A DNA stretch of 25,432 bases from contig JAVCBY010000094.1 of NCBI GenBank assembly GCA_037917625.1, positions 1 to 25,432 on the forward strand, read 5' to 3'. Both the position numbers and the translations under genes were made by a program. The stretch comes from Thermoproteota archaeon (lineage in GTDB: Archaea > Korarchaeota > Korarchaeia > Korarchaeales > Korarchaeaceae). This document shows positions 1-8,642 of this stretch, in pieces. The notes beneath the pieces are model-generated. The model was given only the letters and a program-made list of their open reading frames with translations, was not told where the DNA came from and did no database searches. Position 1 is the stretch's first letter; each line of letters opens with the position of its first letter.

Positions 1-309
1 CTGAGGGGTCTCGGGGGCGTCGAGGTCCGCTCAGCTATATACAGAGTGGTGTCCAGATGCTTAAAGAGAGCTGTGACGCTGATAGATGCGAGGGCAGATG
101 AACTCCTCAAGGAAGAGCTGGAGTTAACGCCCCTTCTCCTCAACATCCTAGTGGATGGTATCGTGATCTACGATAAGACTGGTGAAATAGGGGAACTTGC
201 TTCAAGAGTGCGGCAGTTCATTGACTCCATGGGCCTCATCAAATATAAGACTCCCGATGGTAAGTACGGCTGGAAGAGAGTCGATGAGAGGCCCTTATCT
301 CTTCTATGA
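1..309 (+). CDS. Minimal nucleotidyltransferase (MNT) domain protein, antitoxin-like; 5'-truncated by the window edge
   Basis: Frame is open from base 1 (LRGLGGVEVRSAIYRVVSRC...). The C-terminal PLLLNILVDGIVIYDKTG...Y.W is typical of archaeal MNTs. Its stop overlaps the ATG of a HEPN gene (ATGA, 306-309). Confidence 0.75.
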   Translation: MRGLGGVEVRSAIYRVVSRCLKRAVTLIDARADELLKEELELTPLLLNILVDGIVIYDKTGEIGELASRVRQFIDSMGLIKYKTPDGKYGWKRVDERPLSLL

Positions 310-750
310 TCAAGATAAACCCCAAGTCTGAAGTCGACTACAGGATGAAGTTAGCTCAACTATACTTAGGAGATGCAGAAGACTCTCATAGGCGTGAATA
401 CCAGAGGTGCGGTTGCCTCCTCTCAACTAGCTGTTGAAAACGCAGCCAAAGCGGTGATAGCATTATACAGAATTCCCAGTTGGTCGCACGATCCATCGCA
501 TGAACTGAGGGATATCATCGGACAAATTCCCCAGAATTTAAGGCCATTAGTGGAGGAACTGGCGGATATAGCTGAACTCCTCGCTCCAGAGCACGGTAGA
601 GCGACTTATGGTGAGCCAATTAAGGGCCTCACTCCCTGGGAGATATACAGGAGAGAGGATGCTGAAACAGCATTAAGACGCGCTAAGAGAGCTGTTGAGC
701 TGGCAAAACTCATCCTGGAGGGACTCAAAGACTGGTTAGCGGAATCGTAA
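306..750 (+). pseudogene. HEPN domain protein with a +1 frameshift near 401-402
   Basis: ATG 306 gives MIKINPKSEVDYRMKLAQLYLGDAEDSHRREY. The HEPN continues in the next frame as RGAVASSQLAVENAAKAVIAL...SWSHDP...APEHGRATYG. Removing one base gives a 147-aa HEPN. A sequencing error cannot be excluded. Confidence 0.8.
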
Positions 751-1374
751 GCTTTAGAGGATTAATAAGTGCGGGGCCCCGAAGTGTGGGCATGAAGCCC
801 CTAGTTGAGATCGTTTAAGTAGGGGATCCCCTCACTTGATGACCCCTCGGAAGTCACTCTACTCTCGATATACGTCGAGAGCGCTCCCTCATGAGATATT
901 CAGCTTTAGGCACGTGGATCTCGATGAGATCTAGAGAAGGGATATCAACTAACTAGGTTGAGGGGGATCGAGGTAGATCGCGAGTTAATAGCTAGTGGAG
1001 CTAGCAGGATCGTCAGATGAGACTCAAGATAGGCTCGCGCATAGGAGAGTGACATTAGTTATTAACTGAGGTGAGGAGGTGGAAAGTCTGCTCTCCGAAA
1101 TAATTAGATGCGGCAATTAGGGAGTTTCTCAGGTTACTGCGGGAAACTAACTGCTGGGAGATCAATGTCTACGGGAGAAAATCCACAGAAATGGGGCTTC
1201 CACTCCTGAAGGATGAGTTCCACTCATAGGAGCTGCATTATGACTGAGGAGCTGCTAAATCATATCCATAAGACCTTTGTTGAAGTTGGGCACTCGATTA
1301 GAGCTCTCAAAAACTTCAGCAGACCCTAACACACTTCATATCCATTTTTATTATTCACGAGGGGGGCATCTCCT

Positions 1375-2886
1375 ATGGAGGAGAGGCTGAGAGAAGCCGC
1401 AACTGAGGCAGCAAAAGGGAGCTTTTTCCTGATCTCAGGTAATGCTACATCAGCTGCTATACTCGCATTGAACTCAATGATCTTAGCTAGGCTCCTTGGC
1501 CCCGATAGATACGGTCTCTACTCCCTCTCTATCTCCCTCCTCCCGCTCTTAGCTGGGCTCTCCGATATCGGGATAACATCATTCCTCACTAGGACGATGG
1601 CCTTAATGAGGAATGATGAGGGAGCTAAAGGATATGCATCATTCGGCTTGATGATCGCTCTCTCAATAAGTACCTCTCTATCGATAATCGGGATCCTAAT
1701 ATCAGGCCTTTACTCATCTTACATATTGAAGAGGCCAGATCTCTGCACATACGTGAAGCTCTCAGCTTTAGCAGTTCCCTTCGTGATGGCAGCGAACTCA
1801 GCTGCATCGATACTCTTAGGCTTAGGGATGGCGAAGAGGAGCTCTATGATATCAGTTCTTCAGTCAATATCAAAGCTCATAACTTCTGTATCTCTAGTTA
1901 TAGCGGGCTTCAGCGTGCTTGGAGCTGTCTCAGGTCATCTGATAGGATACTTAGTGGCTGGTGCTCTCGGCCTCCTCCTGATAAGGGGGCATGTGAGCAG
2001 AAAGGTGAGTAGCTCCCTCTCCTCCCTCCTGGGATATGGCGTTCCCCTCTATCTCTCCTCAATCATAAATATGGTAGCTAATCAGTACTTAATAATGCTC
2101 CTTTCATCTTCCTCAGATTCCGAAGTAGGGAACTATTACGCAGCTTCATCTCTCTCATTAGCTTTAGAAATGGTAGCATCCCCCATAGCTACATCCCTTC
2201 TCCCAGCTTTCTCAACGTTCCTCGATGATGGAATTGAGAGGATGTTCAAACTCTCAGTCAAGTACTCATCCATCCTTATGGTGCCCTTAGCTACCTCCGT
2301 CATGATATTCTCACCCGATATCGTCAGAATTTTCTTCGGGAAGGGGTACAGCTCATCCCCCCTCTATCTCTCAATGCTCTCGATAAATTACCTCCTCGTT
2401 GGCTTCGGGTCCCTCTCCATGAGCCCTTTTCTCAGCAGCCTCGGAAGAACTGAGAAAATCCTCATTCTCACAGCCTCAAATGCTCTCTTCTTCATCCCCT
2501 CATCCTCAATCTTGATGAGGATCTTCGGGATACCCGGCTTAATAGCAGCTCAGATATTATCGAGCATATTTTCCCTCTCCCTGGGCCTCCTCGTCATCAG
2601 GAGCCTCAATGCGTCCATCGACTTTAGGAGCTCCGCATCAATATACATCTCATCCTTCATCCCAGCAGTCCCTCTCCTGATCATAGGAAGCTTCATCTCA
2701 CCTCCTTTCAGGATAATACTCCTCCCCCTCTACTTTCTGATCTACATCTCCATCCTCCCTATCATCTCACTGAAGAAGCGTGATCTGGATCTCCTAAAGG
2801 AGATGGCCTCGAGAATGGGGATATTGAAGAGGTTCGCTGAGCTCATTCTCTCATATGAGGAGAGGATCATGAGGATGATAAGATGA
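1375..2886 (+). CDS. Oligosaccharide flippase (Wzx/MOP, polysaccharide biosynthesis protein)
   Basis: 503 aa, hydrophobic throughout. Motifs ILARLLGPDRYGLYSL and EVGNYYAA...LLPAFS. GGGGG ribosome-binding site upstream. Confidence 0.9.
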   Translation: MEERLREAATEAAKGSFFLISGNATSAAILALNSMILARLLGPDRYGLYSLSISLLPLLAGLSDIGITSFLTRTMALMRNDEGAKGYASFGLMIALSISTSLSIIGILISGLYSSYILKRPDLCTYVKLSALAVPFVMAANSAASILLGLGMAKRSSMISVLQSISKLITSVSLVIAGFSVLGAVSGHLIGYLVAGALGLLLIRGHVSRKVSSSLSSLLGYGVPLYLSSIINMVANQYLIMLLSSSSDSEVGNYYAASSLSLALEMVASPIATSLLPAFSTFLDDGIERMFKLSVKYSSILMVPLATSVMIFSPDIVRIFFGKGYSSSPLYLSMLSINYLLVGFGSLSMSPFLSSLGRTEKILILTASNALFFIPSSSILMRIFGIPGLIAAQILSSIFSLSLGLLVIRSLNASIDFRSSASIYISSFIPAVPLLIIGSFISPPFRIILLPLYFLIYISILPIISLKKRDLDLLKEMASRMGILKRFAELILSYEERIMRMIR

Positions 2887-3014
2887 TAAGATGATAAGTT
2901 CCTCTCAAGGTGATCTTATCGAGCTCCTGAGGGGATCCGAAGCTCAGAGCTTTCATTTCAAGCTTGATGTCGGCTCATCCACTAATCTAGCTCATATTGT
3001 CATGCCCTCCTCTT

Positions 3015-3168
3015 TTACATCGCTATGTCAAACAAGTCTAGTGAATCCTCAGGGAAGGTGTATTTCACGCTTATGTTTCGCCTTTCAATAGAGATCTTGG
3101 GGAAGCCCGTTACAGTGCCGTAGTTAACAGTTCCAAAATGATAGATAAATGACCTAGATTTATAGCTC
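3015..3168 (-). other. Possible short ORF or gene remnant of unknown function
   Basis: MSYKSRSFIYHFGTVNYGTVTGFPKISIERRNISVKYTFPEDSLDLFDIAM looks protein-like, but no family was recognised. Confidence 0.2.
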
Positions 3169-3194
3169 ATTTGTGCTCCCCAACCCGAAAAACT

Positions 3195-3375
3195 AGCTGC
3201 CCCGGACGTGGGATGGTTAATGCCCCGAAAGGAGCAAAACATGTTTGATGGTCTTCCTCCAAGAAGGCTCCTCGATGAGCTGATGAAGCTTGGAGCGGGT
3301 TCACCCTGAAAGGAGGCTTATGAGGGCTCCAATGAACTCGAGAGGAGCCCAAAGCTGATGAATCCCAGATATGTG
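3195..3375 (+). mobile_element. Candidate IS200/IS605 (tnpB) 3'-end remnant or structured RNA
   Basis: Hairpin GGGCTCC(3324-3330)/GGAGCCC(3344-3350) with a TGA-containing loop. Several TGATGA/CTGA motifs. One frame reads ERVHPERRLMRAPMNSRGAQS*, recalling archaeal TnpB C-terminal tails. No tnpB ORF present. Confidence 0.3.
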
Positions 3376-3532
3376 AGTCTTAAAGACTACATAGCTCAGA
3401 ACCCCAATAATTCCCTACCTTAACCTAGCTATTATGCTCAGCGTACTGCTCGCCGCCTCAACGATTCTTGTCGGTTCATTTCAGCTGGAAAGGAATGAAA
3501 TGGAATTATATCATCAAGGCCTATGATAGGAT

Positions 3533-3682
3533 TCAAGGGCCTAATACTTCCCATCCCATTTTTAGTGGGGTTGGATGATCCCCCTGGGATTTGTGAGATC
3601 CAAAGAGTATAGCAGTCCCCTCGATGGGGGAGTTCATTCTGAGGTATGAGATCCTCAAGCTATCGAATACTCCAGGCATCAT
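3533..3682 (-). pseudogene. Degraded nucleotidyltransferase (MNT)-like fragment
   Basis: 49-codon ORF MMPGVFDSLRISYLRMNSPIEGTAILFGSHKSQGDHP... resembles the MNT motif AILFGSRARGD; the downstream DxD is absent. Confidence 0.4.
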
Positions 3683-3845
3683 CTAGCTCTTTCAGTCACC
3701 ACGCTCACCTTAAATTACTGGATAGCTCTTTTAGCTAGAACGATCCCTATTCTCGCATATTTTTCCAAAATAGGTCCTAAAAGCTAACTCTTTATTAATA
3801 CTTTTACTTTATATATAAAATAATTACCCATTCACTGTAAGAAGG

Positions 3846-3855
3846 TTTTTAAATA
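3846..3855 (+). promoter_or_regulatory. Putative archaeal TATA box
   Basis: TTTTTAAATA preceded by the purine-rich AAGAAGG, about 27 nt upstream of ATG 3882. Confidence 0.5.
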
Positions 3856-3881
3856 TCTTATCCTCTCGCGGTGTGATCAAG

Positions 3882-4154
3882 ATGAGCAGGGATCGGATCA
3901 TAGGGGCTGGAATTCTCCTCTTATCTGTTGCAGTGATCATATCATATCTCTACTTCATCTTCCTCACTGAGTTCTCCCTCCCTCTGCTCAAGATAACTGC
4001 TGCTGTAGCAGTCGTCGGAGTCTTCGGCGTGCTCGGATGGATAGGCTACACCCTAGCCACTCCCCCACCTAAGCCGATGGAGGAGATAGAGAAGGAGATA
4101 GAAGAGGAGATAAAGAAGATAGAGGAAGAGGAGAGGAAAGAAACTGCTAAGTAG
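3882..4154 (+). CDS. Conserved archaeal two-TM small membrane protein (often auto-annotated 'transcriptional regulator')
   Basis: MSRDRIIGAGILL..., two TM helices, WIGYTLATPPPKP and a charged EEIEKEIEEE tail. GGTGTGA ribosome-binding site before ATG 3882; alternative GTG at 3873. Confidence 0.8.
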   Translation: MSRDRIIGAGILLLSVAVIISYLYFIFLTEFSLPLLKITAAVAVVGVFGVLGWIGYTLATPPPKPMEEIEKEIEEEIKKIEEEERKETAK

Positions 4155-4955
4155 GGAAAATAAAGCTGTGGGCTGGGATCAAAAATCTTTCTAGGGATAT
4201 GAGTTGCCCAGCGCCCTCTCAAAGAATTATAGAGCTTATTGACTTCGTTGTCTTGCTGCTCTTGTATCAACAAGAGGGAAACGAAAGTTTCTCGCTTTTC
4301 CTTCTTCCTGATTTCGATGCCTTTTCCTCGTTCAGATGCATTTTCTCTCTCTTATGATTGTGCAACTCCCTTTATGGTAACAATCAGTCTCAGTACCCAG
4401 ATCCCTCACAATTTTACGGAAAACTTTTATTACAGGTTTCTTGCTGGCCGGTCACGTCGACATCTAAGTTCAGCATGGTCTTAGATGGCGAGGATGTCAC
4501 TGCGGCTTATCTCCTGAGCCCCCAGGTCGTCCCAATGAGCTAGAACATTAGATGGACTCTTGGAGAGGACTAAGGAAGTGAGGCTTTAACTAGAGGTTGA
4601 GGGGCCAATGACTTGAGTGAAGAGGGACTATTTATCTTCATAAGTCGGTATGAGAGCTTGAGATCGCTCCCAGTCGGTGAGGCGTATCCTCGTAAGATCG
4701 ATGCTCTCGATGCGAGGGGCCATCCTCACCGGAGGAATTGGGTATAGGACCTAGCCCCTCACCTCACGATAGGGAATGCTCGAGCCTTCTATTTCTATTC
4801 GAGTGAGGCCTCCTCAGCGGTCCTGAAATAGGATACGGCTTCAGCGCCTTACTCCGGACGCTAGTCCAAATCCTCGAGATACTCAACCATGTCTCTGATC
4901 GTGACTCATCGAAGTGAGCTGAGCGATATCTCTAAAAAGTGATATCAATGCCTAT

Positions 4956-5432
4956 ATGGCTTCGTTGTTCTCGTTATTAACTTCAATTCCCGTGCTCATA
5001 GCGGTGGTCTCTCTAGTCTACTGGCTCAACAGGAAGTTCGCTGAAATGAATAAGAGGTTCCCCGAAATATATGAGAAATTTGAGGGGCTTGAGAGCGCAT
5101 TAATATAATTCGCGATACTCTGCTCATGATCTCGGATCCGAGGATCGTTAACGGACAGAGATCCTCATGCTGAAGAGCCCCATTCATCCATGGTCCTGAC
5201 TCGACTGAGTATCGCACTTAGGAGATGAGTGAGAAGCTCCTAGACAAGGACTCGCGTGATTATACGATAAGAGATACGGAGGAGCTGAAGAGGATAGCTG
5301 ATCTAATGGAGAAGGGGCTTTGAGACGAAGAAAAGGGACCTAGTGAGATATGCATGGACGCTGAGGTACTATGCAATAGTTGTGAGGGCCGCTCACATAT
5401 ACTCAAAACTTTACAATAGAGAGATGGGAAGG
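4956..5432 (+). pseudogene. Decayed paREP15-like coiled-coil protein gene
   Basis: Pieces in shifting frames: ...AVVSLVYWLNRKFAEMNKRF...LESALI*F / DTLLMI / EILMLKS / KLLDKDSRDYTIRDTEELKRIADLMEK / GFETKKRDLVRYAWTLRYYAIVVRAAHIYSKL. These match the recalled layout of Thermoproteales paREP15 proteins. Several stops and frameshifts. Confidence 0.65.
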
Positions 5433-5967
5433 ATCGCTCTGCCCAGATTCTCCGAAAGCTTGCGGACCGATCTGCCTCCAGATCCTCTCCTCAATCATCA
5501 GGGAGCTTCTTATCTTACTGGGGGATCTCCCCAAGGGATTCATCTAGAGGGAGGGGTAGCTCATCGGAGATGTATTGGAGCTCTAGCTCTTCAGGAGATC
5601 TGGCCACCTGTACACGCCCCGAGAGTGGAGCCCCTCCTCACTCTGGTGTGACGGTGGGGAGAGACACATCGCCGGAAAAACCTGTGTTAAGTGTGATGGG
5701 GCCCCATGGGAGTATCGAGGAAGGGATTCGGGATGCGAGGAAAACTCAGGGAGACATTTTCTCCTGATACATCATCAGATGAAAAGCTTCTTTTATCCCG
5801 AAGCGATCTCGGGCAGGGCCAGGTAAGTATCTTTTACGTAGAAGGGTGATGAGGAACTGATCGTGCGTAAGGAGAGTCTCCCAAAAGCCGGTAACTCGAG
5901 GAATCTAATCATATTAATCGAGTTGATTTGGTCAATTGAGTATCTCCACGAACTTTCAAGGACTCAA

Positions 5968-6160
5968 GAATGTGGATCCACTCTCAAAATTATAGGATCT
6001 CGCCCGTCACGACGTCGCTATTTGTGTAAGGGGTAAGTCGGGCAAAAGCCTTCGAACACTCCGAAGCGAGTGATGAGGAAGTGATGTTCCCTCAGCAGGG
6101 GGTCTCGACATGCTTAATGCTCGTCTCATTTAAGCGAAGAGCTTTAATCTATCAGACATA
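5968..6160 (+). pseudogene. Possible transposase N-terminal remnant (zinc ribbon plus HTH, IS1/IS6-like)
   Basis: ECGSTLKIIGSRPSRRRYLCKG*, followed by out-of-frame GKS and GVST..ARLI fragments. Confidence 0.25.
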
Positions 6161-6437
6161 GATGATTCCAGAGGTGGAAGCTCAGAACTTCGGGAGTCCT
6201 TTCATGGAAGGGAGTAGATCACATCGACTCTGAGACTGAAATTCCTTCATCAGATACTCCATCCGCAGGTGGAGAATGATGCTGCTCTCTAAAGCTTGTA
6301 TCATAACTCCGAGTTGACAAAAAAGCTCATTTGGGAAGCTCAATCGATCCTCGAACCCCTGGCTACTATTTGTAAACGCACCTCCGGGCGATCACACCGG
6401 GGAAAATTTATTATGAGGTGATCATGAGCTTAACGAT

Positions 6438-7550
6438 GTGGCGAGGATACTCCTAACTGCATCGTTCTCAGGCATACCTAGGGTCATGAGAGCTGCGAGA
6501 GCGCTCGCGGGGAGAGGGCACGAAGTATTCGTACTCGAGTGGGATAGAGAGGGGAACTTACCTGAGGAAGAAATTAGGAATGGAATAACTTTCATAAGAT
6601 ATAGAAAGAGATCGGGATATGGGAAGAAAGCAGCTTTTAATATGATCGGCTGGCTAATCTTTCAGTTATCATTTCTCCTCTCTAAGGAGTTCGACGTGAT
6701 TCAACCGCAAAATCTGGATTCGCTTTTACCGACTTACATAGCTCTGAGGATCCTGAGGAGGAAAGATGTACCAATTGTATATGATTTAGCGGATTTTTAT
6801 GCTGATGCCTACCTAAACATCTGGCCAATAAATAAAATCGTCGCGGCAATTGAGAGGAAGTTGATATCGCGGGTAAATGCATTGATCCTCGTGAGCCCAG
6901 CTCAGATAGAGCAAATAACATCTGAGATCCCTAAGAAGGTTCTATGCGTTTATAACTCCCCTGATGATATCCGAGTTGTTGAAAGAAGCAATGAAGGGGA
7001 TCTCAAGATCCTCTATATAGGTTCATTCGAGAGGAAGAGGCTCAAATCATTATTGAAGTTCATGGAGATATCGGCCCAAGCTGGTTGTGAGTTCATCTTA
7101 GGGGGATTCGGGGAGATGGAAGATTATATAAGATCGAAGTCGAGCGAATATCGGAACGTGAGATTCATAGGTAAAGTAGATAGGAAGGGCATGTCTAAAT
7201 ATTACGCAGAAGCCGATATAATTTTCTCATATTTTGACCCAAAAGAATCGAATAACTATAAAGTTGCCGTTCCTAATAAATTCTTAGAGGCTTTAGCCTC
7301 AGGGAAGCCAGTTATAGTTGCTGAGGGAACTTTCCTAGAGGAAATAGTGAAGAAATATCAAATAGGTTTCCCCGTAAACTTAGAGAGAGAGGAAGAGGTG
7401 GTTGCTCTATTAAAGTCCCTGCCTACGGAGAGATCGCGCCTAGTTGAGATGGGGAGGAGAGCTAGGAAGGTCTACGAGGAGCTCTTCTCTTGGGATAAAA
7501 TCATGCCTGAGTACCTCGATCTCGTAGAAGGGCTAATCGGCAACGTTTAA
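6438..7550 (+). CDS. Glycosyltransferase family 4 (GT-B)
   Basis: PRVMRAARALAGRGHEVFV, IVYDLAD, ILYIGS and PNKFLEALASGKPVIV motifs; 370 aa; GTG start. Confidence 0.9.
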   Translation: MARILLTASFSGIPRVMRAARALAGRGHEVFVLEWDREGNLPEEEIRNGITFIRYRKRSGYGKKAAFNMIGWLIFQLSFLLSKEFDVIQPQNLDSLLPTYIALRILRRKDVPIVYDLADFYADAYLNIWPINKIVAAIERKLISRVNALILVSPAQIEQITSEIPKKVLCVYNSPDDIRVVERSNEGDLKILYIGSFERKRLKSLLKFMEISAQAGCEFILGGFGEMEDYIRSKSSEYRNVRFIGKVDRKGMSKYYAEADIIFSYFDPKESNNYKVAVPNKFLEALASGKPVIVAEGTFLEEIVKKYQIGFPVNLEREEEVVALLKSLPTERSRLVEMGRRARKVYEELFSWDKIMPEYLDLVEGLIGNV

Positions 7551-7551
7551 A

Positions 7552-8642
7552 TTAGCCCCTAGACCTCAAGAAATCCTTTATAATAGATACTATTTTCTCT
7601 GAAGCCCTACCATCACCAAAAATATTTTGGTTATAGCGCTCGCTTCCCTCGAAATTCATGATAGCATCTACCATCTTATATCTATCAGCTCCAACTAATA
7701 TGTTCCAACCCTCCTCAACGGTCTCCATCCACTCGGTCCTCTCCCTGAGTGTTACGCATGGGACTCTAAGGAAGTATGCTTCCTTCTGAATGCCTCCAGA
7801 GTCTGTCAATATCTTTTTAGCATTCTCCTCTAGCACTAACATTTCTAAGTAGCCCAAAGGCTTAATTATCCTGATATTTCCAGCTTCCTCAATTCTTTTA
7901 ATTAGGGAGAAGTGTTTCATAGCTGCTATAGTGCGTGGATGGGCCGGGAAGATCACTTCCCAAGGGGATCCTGAGACTCCTTCAAGGATGTTCGAAAGCC
8001 TCTCCTTCGAATCGGTGTTCTCAGCTCTATGAATGGTTAGGAGAAGATAATTCTTCGGTTTGAGATTGAGCGCTTTCATAATACCTGAGGATCTTTTCGC
8101 AAGACCATAATATATTAGAAATGAGTCAAGCATAACATCACCTGTTAAAAATATATTTTCCTTAATCCCCTCCATTTGTAAGTTAGCTACCGGCTCTTGG
8201 CGTAGGAGCGAAGAGCAATGAGCTCGTGTGATCTACGAGGACCCTATTTATCTCCTCCGGCATAAACCTCTCATAACTTCTAACGCCCGCTTCTACGTGA
8301 CCTACATCTATCTTGAGCTTCACCGCTGCAAGGGCTCCAGCTAAAGTAGTGTTCGTGTCCCCTAATACAATAACAAGCTTTGGTCTCTCCTTCTCAAGCA
8401 CGCGCTCTATCCTGATCAACATCTCCCCGGTCTGGTACCCGTGACTACCCGAGCCCACCCCTAAGTGATAATCGGGATCGGGCAAGCCTAACTCCTCAAA
8501 GAAAAGCTCGCTCATCTCATAGTCGTAGTGCTGGCCCGTATGTATCACTTTGAAATCAACCCCCTTTAGTGGACTTTATGAGAGGGGCGAGCTTTATGAA
8601 CTCGGGCCTAGCCCCAACTATATAGATGATATCAGGAGCCAT
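7552..8642 (-). pseudogene. wecB: UDP-N-acetylglucosamine 2-epimerase (non-hydrolysing), split by two +1 frameshifts
   Basis: Three pieces: MAPDIIYIVGARPEFIKLAP (8642-8556); IHTGQHYD...GDTNT...HVEAG...PEEINR (8548-8183); GDVMLD...TIHRAEN...TDSGGIQKEA...LRERTEW...FGDG (8175-7552). Removing one base near 8560-8572 and one near 8190-8193 restores a 362-aa ORF. Confidence 0.9.

Noticed and set aside
4076-4140. GAGATAGAGAAG-like tandem repeats
   Set aside because: Simply encode the EEIEKEIEEE tail; not a DNA repeat element.
5343-5767. ORFs 5343-5651 and 5570-5767 as real genes
   Set aside because: The first is the paREP15 pseudogene tail read through into non-coding-like sequence; the second has no recognisable features.
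5846-5870. Canonical C/D box sRNA or group II intron start (GTGCG)
   Set aside because: Only 4 nt between the C-like and D-like boxes, no guide regions, and no domain V or reverse transcriptase found.
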